A stretch of DNA of 64,000 nucleotides from the human T2T-CHM13v2.0 reference genome, Homo sapiens: assembly GCF_009914755.1 (NCBI RefSeq), contig NC_060929.1; one strand, written 5' to 3'. Numbering within the stretch: position 1 is the first letter of the stretch; the number at the start of each line of letters is the position of its first letter. A program made the position numbers and the translations under genes. Below, piece by piece: positions 1 to 14,691 of the stretch. Under the pieces are notes generated by a model. The model was not told the origin of the DNA. It saw only the letters and a list, made by a program, of their open reading frames with translations, and did not search any database.

Positions 1-1366
1 AACAAACGATTCTAAAATTCATATAGCACCAAAAAAGAGCCAAAATAGCCAAAGCAATCCTAAGTGAAAAAAAACAAAGCCAGAGACATCATATTACCTG
101 ACTTCAAACTATACTATAAGGCTACAATAAGCCAAAACAGCATGGTACTGGTCCAAAAAGAGACATATAGACTAATGGAACAGAATAGAGAACCCAGAAA
201 AAAAGCTGCAGACCTACAGCCATCTGATCTTTGACAAAGTAGACAAAAATACTAAATGGGAAAAGGACCCCTATTCAATAAATGGTGCTGGGATAGTTGG
301 CTAGCCATATGTGGAAGAATGAAACTGGGCCCCTACCTTTCACCATATACAAAAAATAACTCAAAATAAAGTATAGGTTTCAATGTAAAACCTCAAACTA
401 TAAGAATCCTAGAAAAAAAAGTAAGAAACACCATTCTGGACTTCGTCCATGGCAAAGAATTACGACTAAGTCCTCAAAAGCAATTGCAACAAAAACAAAA
501 ATTGACAAGTGGAACCTAATTCAACTAAAGAGGGTCTGCAAAGCAAAGAAACTATCAACAGAGTAAACAACCAACCTACAGAATGGGAGAAAGTATTCAC
601 AAACTCTGCATTCAACAAAGGTCTAATATCCAGAATCCGTAAGGACCTTAAATGAACAAGCAAAAAACATATAGCCTCATTAAAATATGGGCAAAGACAT
701 GAACAGACACTTCTCAAAAGAAGACATACAAGCGGCCAACAAACACATGAAAAAATGCTCCGCATCACTAATAATCAGAGAAATGCAAATCAAGACCACA
801 ATGAGATACCATCTCACCCAGTGAGAATGGCAATTATTAAAAAAGTCAAAAAAACAAAAACATGTTGGTAAGGCTGTGAAGAAAAGTGTTATACACTGTT
901 AGTGGGAATGTAATTTAGTTCAGCCACCGTGGAAAGCAGTTTGGAGATTTCTCAAAGAACTCAAAACTATCATTCAACCCAGCAATCCCATTACTTGGCA
1001 TAAAACCAAAAGTCAATAAATCATTCTATCAAAAAGACACATACACTCACATGTTCATAGCACCACTACTCACAATAGCAAAGACATGGTATCAACCTAG
1101 ATGTCAATCAACAGTGGACTGGATAAAGAAAATAGATGCATAGTATTCCATGGTGTATACACATGGTATATATTCCATATACACCATGGAATACTATGCA
1201 TCCACAAAAAAGAACAAAGTCATGGTGATATGGTTTGGTGCTGTGTCCTCACCCAAATCTCATCTGGAATTGTAATCCTCATAATCCCCATGTGTCGAGG
1301 GAAGGACCAGGTGGGAGGTGATTGGATCATGGGGTGGCTTCCCCTATGCTGTTCTTATGATAGTGA

Positions 1367-1747
<381 letters not shown>

Positions 1748-2526
1748 AACATGCTTATACTCTCTCCTACAGCCTTGTGAAGAAGGTGCCTACTTCCCCT
1801 TCCACCACGATTGTAAGTTTCCTGAGTCCTCCCCAGCCATGCGGAACTGTAAGTCAATTAAAACTCCTTTGTTTATAAATTACCCAGTCTTAGGTAGTAT
1901 CTCTGTAGCAGTCTAAGAACAGACTAATACACATGTCCTTTGCAGCAACATGGATGCAGCTGGAGGCCATTATTTTAAGCAAATTAATTCAGGAACAGAA
2001 AACCAAATATCACATGTTCTCACTCAGAATTGGGGGCTAAACAATGGGTACTCATGATCATAACGATGCCAGCAATAGACACTGAAGACTACTAGAGGGG
2101 AGAGGAAGAGAGGGAACAAGGGTTGAAAAACTCACTATTGGGTACTATGCTCAGTACCTGGGTGATAAGATCATTCATACCCTAAACCTCAGCATCATGC
2201 AATACATCCAGGTAACAAACCTACATATATGTATCCTCTGAATCTAAAATAAAAGTTGAAAAAAAAGAATTCCTATCACAGTGACTATGGATACTCATGT
2301 ATAGCTTCAACTATACATGCTATATCCTACAAATAGTAGGCATTCAATAATTATTTGCTAAATGAAAGAATGAAGAAACAAATAAATGTCATTTAAAACA
2401 AGACATCCAAATTACTAATTTTTTTCTACCCTTTAAATCAAATATAACTACTCTGCTAAGTATATCTAGAGTTTTCCAAAACAATGTAATATAAATAAAA
2501 TGGATATGTTTGCTGTGCAATACTGA

Positions 2527-2939
<413 letters not shown>

Positions 2940-3320
2940 CACCTTTATTTCTTATTGTCAAGTGAAGCCTCTTTGACTCTGGAAGGCAATCAGGCATCTT
3001 TTTATTGACCAGCTGTATAACTGGGCACCCTGTAATGTATTTCAGGACAAGAAATGAGCAGGTGTGTCTCTTGAACTTCGCCTAAACATGTATTAAGTCT
3101 AACTTACATTCTTTGGAGAAATAGTACAACTCATTTTGATGATTCCACAGAAAGACATAAAAGGAAGGAATGTTTAAAAGGAATCATTGTGGTTTTGTTT
3201 GTTTTTGCAGGGGGAGAACAAAACTAAGAGTAAATGTGCTGATATCCTAATTGTTCAAAGGGGAAAAAAACAGAAAAATAAAAACAATAATGTCACTGAT
3301 TTAGTGAACAAAGAAAGGAA

Positions 3321-3990
3321 TATGGTAGAGACTGGATGCTCACTAAACCTGTTTTTGCTTCTCAGACACACAGCCAAACTACATTTCCCAGCCCTCCTTT
3401 ATGTGAGCAGAGGTCATGTGACTGAGTTATGGCAAATATGTACAAAGTGGGTGGAAGTGATAACAAGGTGCTTCCAAGTTTGGCCCATGAAACCTCACAC
3501 ACAATTCCCCATATATTATGCTCTGCTGTTCTCCACATATGGACTGAATATAGAGGAGGATAAGGCCCAACATATGGTAGGACTATGTGAAGGAAGGAGT
3601 ATGAGACTCTCACTGACTGTACAAAGTAGAGCCACCCACCTCTTCTATCCATCATCACTCCTCTACACTTTAGGGTGGCCAGCTTTAACAATTAATAAGT
3701 ATACAGAGAGCACAGCTGAATTTGAATTTCAGATAAAACACATATTTTTTTAGTATAAGTATGCCTTATACAGTATTAAAGACATAACTATATATGTATG
3801 CAATATTTAGGATATACTTAAAAATTGTTTATTGCTTATTTGAAATTCAAATGTAACTGGGCATCTTGAATTTTATCTGGCAATCCTATACATAGTAGAC
3901 TGTGACATAAGGTAAGAAATAAACTTTTATTGTATTAAGGCACTGAAATTTGGGATTTTTTTACAACCACTTTCCTACCTTGACTAATAA
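3321..3990 (+). mobile_element. Old MLT1-family MaLR LTR interrupted by MER53
   Basis: actacatttcccagcc...ggtcatgtgactgagtt; 3' part aataaacttttattgtattaaggcactgaaatttggg...tgactaata. Confidence 0.65.
3671..3888. mobile_element. MER53 palindromic non-autonomous DNA transposon
   Basis: Termini tagggtggccag / ctggcaatccta; internal inverted tttgaatttcagataa / ttatttgaaattcaaa. Confidence 0.85.
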
Positions 3991-4527
3991 AAAACATACA
4001 AATACTATTTTAAAGAACAGTAATAGAAATAATTAGTAGTAGTAATACTAACAATAGCAATAAAAATAATTAGTTGTGTGAATAAAGTCTGAAACTATCA
4101 CCACATAGTTGATTTGTGGTCAAGCTGTTAACAAACCAAGTTCTTCTGCCTCTCAGGCACAGTATACACAACAACTGAGATTCATGGAATTCATATATAC
4201 TTGTTGATTACATATTAGGTGTGATATACTCTGGGATATATATACAATGAACAAGACACATTTTGTGCTTTCAGGGGCGTAGCAGGTCAGCTTAGACAAG
4301 TACTAACCCTTGTATAATACAAAAAACAATATATGGCAAATTAAAAGGGAAAACTGTGTTAATAAACAGTCTTTAATTCTGATACCACAAAAGTTGTTAC
4401 CAAAGTGGCATGAAGAGAAAAACTGATTTATAAAAAGGCAGAGAGAGTATTTTAGTTTTAATTTCTTTGTCATAGGCCTTTGCTCCCAGAATCCAATGTC
4501 CACTCCATTCTTGGTGAGCTAGACAGG

Positions 4528-4672
4528 TGAAATTTCCTTCCCTTCCTTTTCCCTAAAATAGTTTTAAAGGGAATGTTTAAGCACAAGCTGGTTGATCAGA
4601 TGAAATTCCCTTTCCTTCTTTTTTCCTTCAATAGTTTTAAAGAGAATGTTTAAGTACAAGCCTGGCTGATCA
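4528..4672. repeat. Diverged two-copy tandem duplication, ~73-bp unit
   Basis: tgaaatt...atagttttaaag.gaatgtttaag.acaagc...tgatca at 4528 and 4601. Confidence 0.9.
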
Positions 4673-4684
4673 AGAACAATGGCT

Positions 4685-4910
4685 ATCATTTATTAATCAC
4701 CTACTGAGTGTTAGGCATTGTACCAAGTACTTTATGTAATCTCATTTAATCATTATAATAGCAATGAATAGGCATTATCTTTCCCACTTTACAAATAAGG
4801 AAGCTATGCCACACATAACTTTACACAACTTGTCCAAGGCCACATATTACTAAGTAGCAAAATCACAATTTTATGATTCAGTTCTAATTCCAAAGCTTGT
4901 ATTCTTGATC
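4685..4910 (-). mobile_element. MIR
   Basis: atctcatttaatc...cccactttacaaataaggaagct...acttgtccaaggccaca. Confidence 0.75.
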
Positions 4911-5097
4911 ACTAATTTACCTTGCAAAATGATTCCTTTCAGATTGATTATTCTTTACCTCAACCCAATAAAATCTTTACTGATATAGGAGTCAATTTTT
5001 AGGTGAAATTTGCAAATGTCTATTTTTTTCTTTATGCTAGGGCACTAACTAGACAAACAATAACAAAAATTGCTGCTGCCAGAAGGCATATAAATAC

Positions 5098-5170
5098 CTT
5101 CTCGGTGTCTTCAACTTTAATGTTCAAGAGATTTAGTCTTTTTAAGGCTTGAGTTACTCTTACAATACGT
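5098..5170 (-). other. Candidate 73-nt exon of minus-strand transcript
   Basis: ttttccctttgacctcaaag|ACGT...GAAG|gtattt; one open frame RIVRVTQALKRLNLLNIKVEDTEK, not recognised. Confidence 0.35.
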
Positions 5171-6021
5171 CTTTGAGGTCAAAGGGAAAATATTTTTCAT
5201 TAGAACTGTTCAGATATATCCAAAGATAAAACTACTAGTCTGCTTAAAATACTAATTTTCTTAGAACAACTATCATTTCCAGTTTTCCTTTCCATTAATT
5301 TTAGTAAAATATTATGAATCCATGGTAACTTTTGGACAGGCTACTGGAGAACAGAAAAGTCAGTGAATTTATTGATCAATGATTTCTAGAAAAAATGACT
5401 TTTCAAAAGAAACCTGCCTTCTAACACAATGCCAATCTTATGAACATTAAATATAAAATGTTACAATATGTTCCATAAAACCTTTATAGAACATATTGTA
5501 ACATTTTTAAAAAATCAATCACAAAGAATTCTCTTAAGAATACACGAGAACAATGATTGTTAAAAGTTTTCACCAAGACTAATCATCATTCATAGTTTGG
5601 GTTTTTATAGTAAAGGGCAAATCTTGGCCAAAAAAAAAAAAAAAAAAAAAAGTCTATCAAGAAATACATGTTCAGGCCAAAATCCAGAACACTAACACCA
5701 CCATAAAATGCTGGTGGGGATTTGAAGCAACAGGAACTCATCCATTGCTGGCGGAAATGCAAAACGGCGCAGCCACTTTGGAAGACAGTTTGGCAGTTTC
5801 TTACAAAAACCAAACATATTTTTACCATATGATCCAGCAACTGCTCTCCTTGATACTTACCCAAGGAGTTGAAAACCTATCCCCAAACAAAAATCTGCAC
5901 ATAGATATTTGTAGCAGCTTTATAATTGCTGATTCTTAGAAACAACCAAGATGTTCTTCAGTGGGTGAGTAGAGAAATAAATTGTATCACATCCAGACAA
6001 CGGAATATTATTCAGTGCTAA

Positions 6022-6365
<344 letters not shown>

Positions 6366-6659
6366 TTAGAAAACTTAAATGCATATTACTAAGTGAAGGA
6401 AACCAATCTGAAAAGGCTACATACTGTATGATTCCAAATATATGATATTCTGGAAAAGGCAAAAGGAGACAGTGAAAAAATCAACAGTTGCCAATAGTTG
6501 GAGGAAGGGAAGGATGAAAAGATAGGACACAAGGATTTTTAGGGCAGTGAAACTATTCTGTATGTTACTGTGTAAACCCATGGAATATACAATATACACG
6601 TATAAACCCATGGAATATACAATATATACGTATCCCAGAACTTAAAGTGTAATAAAAAA

Positions 6660-6778
6660 TTATTGCTAAAAACTGCCAACAATTCTCTGAGCCTTCAGTG
6701 AGTCATAATCTTTTTGCTGTTGGAGGGTCTTGCTTTGATATTGATGGCAGCTGACTGATCAGAGTGGTAGTTGCTGAA
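6660..6778. mobile_element. Tigger1-like internal fragment
   Basis: ctgagccttcagtgagtcataatctttttgctg...ctgactgatcagagtggtagttgctgaa; no termini. Confidence 0.75.
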
Positions 6779-7234
6779 TGAACCCTAATGTATATTAGGG
6801 TATACATAATGTATACTGCATATTCCATGGGTTGTATATTCTCTAATGTAAACTGTGGACTTTGGGTGACAATGTGTCAATGCAGGTTCATTGATCATAA
6901 CGAATGTACACTGTGGGCGCAGCATGCTGATAAAAGAGGTTGTGTGTTAGAGGCAGAGGGGTATATGGGAAACCTCTGAACTTTCTACTCAATTGTGCTG
7001 TGAAGTGTTCTAATAATAAAATATACTTAAGAAATATATGTTCAGACAGCACTATACCAGTCCTTGAATTCTTAAGAAAAATATTCTATTATGGATCTAA
7101 TGCATATTACTTCTGCCCAAGTAGTACTTCATGACATTTGTATGTATTAAAGTGAAATGACTCAAAAATCCTGCCTCTTCTCCCGCGAACTTACTAAAAT
7201 GGGCTATGGAATATATTTAAAAATGTACAATATT

Positions 7235-7587
<353 letters not shown>

Positions 7588-9408
7588 TTATATTTATTTT
7601 ATCTAAGAAAGAAGAGCTTAGATACCTAATAAGCAAGATATAGTTATAGTTTTTAAATTATCAAAGGAAACCTCTAACTGATAAGCTATTATCTGGCTTC
7701 AAGTCTTAAAAATGTTAAATTTCCAAAATTTAAAAAATCTTCTTTATCTTTTTACCCATAATGTTGAAGACTTAGTTCAATCACTACCACACCTTAACTG
7801 TGCCATTGAAATAAGTACCATTAAAATAAGGAGCATTTGGTTTACCTTCCTGCCTTCATCTTTCTCTTCATCAATCAATCTCTCGCCTTGCTCTGACAAT
7901 GTTGCATCATACTGTCAAATATTGCTGCTGTGATCACGTCACTGATATATTCGAGTATCTTCCATGAGTCCCATTTATCTAAACATCCTATGTTTCTTAA
8001 TCTTATAATAAATACCTCCACGCCCTGAATCCAAATTGCGTTTCCAGGCCTTACTGCTACAACCTTCTCGCACGTATCCTACACATAACCTACTTGTGTT
8101 ATTGTATATGCAATAATCTTGTGCTACTGTATATGCATCTGCTTTCCCAAGCAAAACTCTAAGCCCTTTGGAAAGAACAGTGTACCTCATAGCCTCCACC
8201 TATAATGGTGTGTGGTAGTATCTACTGAAAGAATACATGAATGATTCATACAAAAATTATACCAATTAGAGGGCTCTGATTATGACCGTAATTTTACTGA
8301 TCATTTTTAAGCAATGTTATTGAGAAATGATTGATGGATAAAAAGATGTCCACATTTAATATATACAATTTGCTATGTTTGAGGTAAGCATAGGCTCTTG
8401 AAACCACCACCCTCTAAGGTGATAATTACTGATCATTTATCGACTGCCTGTTACTATGGCACTAAGGTTTGGTTTTTTGAAGTACGGTAAGTCACACTTT
8501 TCAGGTGAATTAGATTTTGGTATATCCCTTCTCACCTTTTGTGCCCTGCTTTTCTAATAGCAGTCTTCTTTTGAGAGGATGCTCTGTCCTCTCTCCTTTT
8601 TTTGTTACACTTTCCCACCCTCCATCTTCAAGACAAATGCCACATTCAGAGTTTAAAGAAATAGAAGACTATATCTCACATATTTACTCTTGCTTGCTGT
8701 ACTGGTTAAACATCAACGTATGCATTTTAACCTATGTTGCTGTACACGAACGTTAATAGTAATTAACTATATTTTATGCTCCAAATCTGTTTTCTGACAT
8801 TTGGAAAGAATAACTATGCTTCTGATACTATTGTTGTCTCTGATATTATTTAACATAATCAAGTTTTATTTAACTTCTCCTGTTTGGTTTTGACTTTCTA
8901 CCAAAACTGCAAATTCCTTGAGGGCCACAATCCTATCTTATATTATTGTATTATCTAACAAAACCTCATTCAGCACCTTAGACTTAACAGCTAGATGTTG
9001 AATAAATAGCATTATTGAAATGTCATATTAAAATACTCATTTTTTTTACCAAAGTAATTTTATTAATGAGAAAATGAAAAGTAATCATTTAAAGATATTA
9101 AAAAGAGGGGCATGAAAAAATTACACTCATCCATTCTTTGACCTTTGTTTTGATTTTGCACAAATGGTCTAGAACCTCAAAATAACCCTTAGCTGATTTT
9201 AACTGAGCAGAATGGGACAATCTGACTCTCTACATAAATCACAACATGTCAACAACTCTCTATTTGACTTAACCATGTAGATATAATTTTAGGATTTGCC
9301 TTGTTTGTATTCTATGGAATCATAGATAAGAACTTACCAAACTAATTCTGAGCTCCCCAAACACAGGAATTATGTTTACAATAAAAGAAGTTTAGAAATC
9401 ATAGAAGA

Positions 9409-9713
<305 letters not shown>

Positions 9714-10949
9714 TCATAGAAGAAGAATGTTCATGTTATTATTATAACTAACTAGGAATCAATTGCTTTTCACTATTAAAACAACAAATTATTTAGCCTA
9801 TACAATTTTTTCCTGTATTATCTCACTACACTAAAAATACATTTGGTTTTGGGAATTAGAAAAACAAGACCTTATTTTTCTTAAGTATATGTATCTGCTT
9901 GATAACAATAAATCTGATAATTTTATTTGCAGAAGATATTCAACATAAGCATAATCACAGTTTTCCTAATTAATGGTATTTCAAGTGAAGCACCTTAGGT
10001 ATCCATTTTTGGAATTTTATCATACTCATGATTTAAAAAGTTTTAGAAATGCAAATACTTTTATATAGCATTAACCTCTAAAATGCTGACAGTCAGTCTA
10101 CAATCAGTCTTTCTCAATGGGAAGGCTTGAACAACAAGTGATTCCAGGCGGCAATTTTCCACTTGCATTCTGTTATTTATTAAAATAAAAGTATTTATTA
10201 CTTATTTACTAAAATATTTAAAAGAAATGTAACTGCATTTCTTCCAGTAAAGCTCTCAACTTAAATCTTATTTAAATTTTTTGTTGGTCACGTGACATTT
10301 AGTAATTATATGTCAGTGCTGAAAACAATTAAAATTAAGTTTTGTGGAATGTAAAAATGTATACTTTATTAAATTTAGAGACAGTTACAATTTATGCTTA
10401 TTTTTATGTCATTGTCCTGGTACTTAAAAAATATCTACAAGACTATTATTTTAAAATGTTGACAACTATTAAATAGATCTAAAGTAATTACACATTTTGA
10501 TGCTTATTGTACATTTCTTAGGAAATTTCTAAGAATTTGAAGAGGCTATTTTCAGAAAACATTTAATTGAATCATAAAAGGTATCAGTGTATCAACTCAC
10601 ACTTCACACACTGTGATCTCACTTACATTCCTTTTTTAGTTACATTCACTTGACATTAGGAAAATATTGGATATGGCTTATTTTGTTTTGTAGCATAAAA
10701 TTAATAACATTATCTTGGTTAGTGAGTATATGAATATTTGTGCTAATTCTTGTATAGAGAGATAAATAAGCAAACAAGAGCCTAAAAGTATGTTTAATGC
10801 TAGTTCTCAAATCCATATGACATAGCTGGGTTCATATAATATGTATTTAGAATAAATATCTATAGTTAAGAAGTAGAGTGAACCTAATATTTAATTATCA
10901 TCGGAAACTGTATTAAGAAACCAGAAATTTACAGTCAAAACAAAGTAAA

Positions 10950-11271
10950 GGCCGGGCACGGTGGCTCATGTCTGGTGATCCCAAAATTTTGGGAGGCCCA
11001 GGTGGGTGGATCACTTGAGGACAGGAGTTTGAGACCAGCCTGACCAACATGGTAAAACCCTGTCTCTACTAAAATACAAAAATTAGCCAGGTGTGACGAC
11101 ACATGCCCATAATCCCACCTACTTGGGAGGCTGAGGCACAAGACTCACTTGAACCCAGGAGGCAGAGGATGCAGTGAGCTGAGATCACACCACTGCACTC
11201 CAGCCTGGGCAACAGAGCAAGACTATGTCTCTTAAAAAAAAAAAAGAAAAAAGAAAGAAGAAAAAAAAAAA
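10950..11271 (+). mobile_element. Alu (AluS-like)
   Basis: Full dimer, long A tail, TSD caaagtaaa. Confidence 0.95.
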
Positions 11272-13482
11272 CCCAAAGTAAAACAGGATTTACAGAAAAT
11301 AATGTAAAGGTGTGCATGTGAAGAGGAATTGGTAGAACAAAAATACAGTTTTGGATTCTTTAATTTTTTTAAGTTAACCTGTGACTCAAATAGTGATAGA
11401 CTTTTAGTAATTATAAAGAGCATGAAAATGCTAAGTAGGTCTGGAATTTATAAATTCTTCTTCATCCATTTATACAGCAATGGATAATATTACACAGCAT
11501 GTAATATTATCTCTTTACCTGAAAAAGCAACATTAAAAATAGGTCACAGCTTCTGAGGGAGGATACAAACTGTCAGGAGTACTTCCAGCACAGTAGCAGT
11601 TCAGGAAATGAGGATGATAATGAGACTCCATGACTGCTGAGAATCGGAAGAGGAGGTATGAATTCTCATTCAACCCTAACAATTGTCCATTGTCCATGAG
11701 GCCTTGGGTGAGTCACTTAAGCTCAGTGATTTGATTAACAGCAATATTGAATTTACCTTCCTCAATATGGATTGTAAGGTTAAGTAGAGCCAACACGAAA
11801 TGTACATGCAAAACCTATTCTTTCACTTGTGACCCTACTCTCTGTAACTACCTTTTATTTTTTATTTTCTCTAGACAAGTTAAATATTTATAAAAATTAC
11901 AAAGGCTGAGAGATCAATTCTAAAAATATAAGAATCTTTCAGAAACAAGTTTATTTTATAAGGGAAATAGCAGGATTGTGATACACTCCACCCTGCACCT
12001 CTCCACACACTACATACTAGCTACTCCCTAAACCCCAGACTTGGGCTGGACATTTTCTTAACTCATAGCATCAGAAAAATATCATTACTGAAGTAAACTT
12101 ATAAAGTTATAGAAATGGCTAGCTATTTTCCAGTAATCATATAAAAACTCAGAAAAATTTATAACCAGAATAATTCTCCTTTATGTTTCAATTACTTAGA
12201 AATTCAGTAACAAACATCATCAAAATATACATATTGCTTCATATATTTATATATAAATAAAATATCATCATCAGGGCAGCAGGAAATAGAGGCAGCAGGG
12301 TGTAGAAGTGAGATAAGGACAGGATGTTGTTGTTTCAGCAGAACAATTTACAATGTATTTACTTTTTATACAAGTGAACTAAATGTTTGTATAGTTAACT
12401 TTCTTGTTTTCCTTTTTTGCTTTCTCTTCTTTTCTTACCATCCTTTCCTACCTTTATCCTTTCCTGCTTTCTTTCCCTCCTTCTCTCCTACCCTTTTTTA
12501 TTAATACTTTCTTCCACCCAACACTGATTTTTGGCTGAGACCACAGTTTCAACAAGAAATAAAAACTGCATTACTCAGGAAGGAACTAATAAACTTCCCC
12601 TCCCCCAAATGCCATTAGAGACTTCCTGAATAAATGAGAAATCCATTAATTTTAAAAAAAGAGAGTGCTTGCATAAGTAACAAAAACAGATTCCGGTCTA
12701 CATTATGATTAAAATCAACTTGAATAATAAAAATTAGATATAAATAAGATCCATTAGGACATCTGACACATCTATGGCCAGTGATGCTTGGTCCCAACAA
12801 TGTGTAGACTTTTTTAGTCCATTGTCAAACAATCATAAGTGGGACTTCTACCACTTCTCCTTAAAAAATTCTGTAACATAATGGATTTAATTAACATGAA
12901 ATTTCTTGTAAATATGCCTATTACTGACATTCTTTCATTCAAAACCATTTCATTATTCATGGTCATACTAGTTAGTGGAATGGCTGAATAAAATAATGCA
13001 CAAGTATGTACAATTTTAAATATATAATTATATTTATTTAATTTTAGATAATAATTATATATTTAATTAACACAAAGGCTCAAATTTTATATTTCACATA
13101 AAAACACTATGTATATCCACATATATTCTTGCTCTGAGGCTCATTCTCTATTGAATTAATTTGTTTTTAACAATGGTTACATAAAAATTCCTCCTACAAA
13201 TTATATTTTAGTTATAGCTAATAAACCACTAGCCTTTTTGACTTATATTTAAAGGACAAATAGAAAAAGAGGTTTAGAATTGTTATTTGCTTTGGTTTGT
13301 TTGTTTTGCATGACAGTTTATGGGCAAGCCAGTAATTTGTATCCTAAGCTTTTATACTAAGATAGCTCTCAACAACTGATTTGGTCATTATAGAGATAAT
13401 AAATACCATTCATGATGATAATTTAAATAAAAATGTGTTGACTTAAGAGATAAACTTTGGTAAAATCTGATTTCTCTTCTGT

Positions 13483-13546
13483 TTCAATGACTCCTAACAT
13501 AGTACAGCCACTGAAAGGAACTTAATGCTTGTCAGGAGCCATTGAA
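13483..13546 (-). other. 17-bp inverted repeat / predicted RNA hairpin
   Basis: Arms ttcaatgactcctaaca (13483-13499) and tgtcaggagccattgaa (13530-13546); both mismatches are G-U on the minus strand. Confidence 0.7.
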
Positions 13547-14495
13547 CTTTATAGTGAGCATCTGGGTAGTGCCACCGTGCAGATGTTGCAGTAGAATACC
13601 ACAGTAAAACTACTTTAAGTTTCATCTGGTTAATAACAGTACTTCACTCAATATTGCTTTCTGTAATTTCTGATTATTTTTGACCAAATAAAATTTCTTT
13701 GCCTTGTTTAAAGAAATAATTGTGATTTCTTACAAAACAAGGTCCTCCACTTCTATAATAAAGTACAGACTTTATTTATAGCAAAATAAATTTAATTTTT
13801 CTAATTAAAAATAAATCACTAATATAAAACATTATCAGTAAGTCACAAAACTAAGAACATCTGTATAAACTAATAAAAATCTGTATCTTAGGAAATAAGG
13901 AACATTTACAAATGTTCCTAAATGTGATTTATAATTTATATAACTCATTTTGGTTGTTTTTTATGGAAAGTCATTTTCAGGGACTACTCATATATTAGCC
14001 CATGTAAATTGTGGTTAAATATAAGAAATTAAAGACACCAAATGTGTCCTTAGTGGCATTATCAAAAATATTTCTCCAACTTCTTTGGCAACTTGAGCAT
14101 TTTCCTTATACATCTTCCAGGATGCCTCATCTTTGCCTGACCCTGCCACATTGTCTTCACATTCTAATTAGCTTGGGCTTCTATGTTGTCACCCTGGTCT
14201 ACTAGTAGTCAGTTTTATTACTAACACAATAATATATGTTCATTGTACAAAAATCAGAAAACACATAGAACCAGTAAGAAAATAAAAATCAAATATAACA
14301 ATTGCTGTTAACATTTTATGTAAATCATTTAGATAAAAATGAGATCAATGTACAATCTGTATCAGTTTGTAAAGTGATTTTCTATTAAAAATATATTCTT
14401 AATATCTTCTAGTTCTCTGAGTCTCCACATTTTTGGTATTTTTCTCTTTTTCTCAAAACATTTTTCCAAGTTTTTACTGCTTTATTATTCTAGAA

Positions 14496-14691
14496 AAGAG
14501 ATCAGCAAACTTTTCCTGAAAATGAGCAGATAGTAAATATATTAGGCTTTGCAGGCCTTATAGTCTCTGCTGCAGCCATTTAGATCTGATATTCTAGTGC
14601 AAAAGCAGCCACAGACGTACGTCAAGAATGGGCATGGCTATGTTCCAAATAAAACTTTATTTACAAAAATTGGCAGGAGTTTGCTGGCCCA
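14496..14691. mobile_element. MER58A (hAT-Charlie)
   Basis: cagcaaacttttc...cagatagtaaatatattaggctttgcaggcc...aataaaactttatttacaaaaa. Confidence 0.85.

Noticed and set aside
3187-3753. 188-aa ORF
   Set aside because: Non-ATG start; runs across MLT1 and MER53 relics; no recognisable protein.
5171-5195. U12-type branch-like CCTTTGAC before the 5170 acceptor
   Set aside because: Imperfect match, close to the AG, and no candidate upstream exon has a GTATCCTT donor.
13558-13586. Iron-responsive element
   Set aside because: Loop reads TAGTGC, not CAGTGN, and lacks the bulged-C geometry.
13475-13606. H/ACA snoRNA (two stems, ACA nearby)
   Set aside because: No ANANNA hinge box, no pseudouridylation pocket, and the two stems favour opposite strands.
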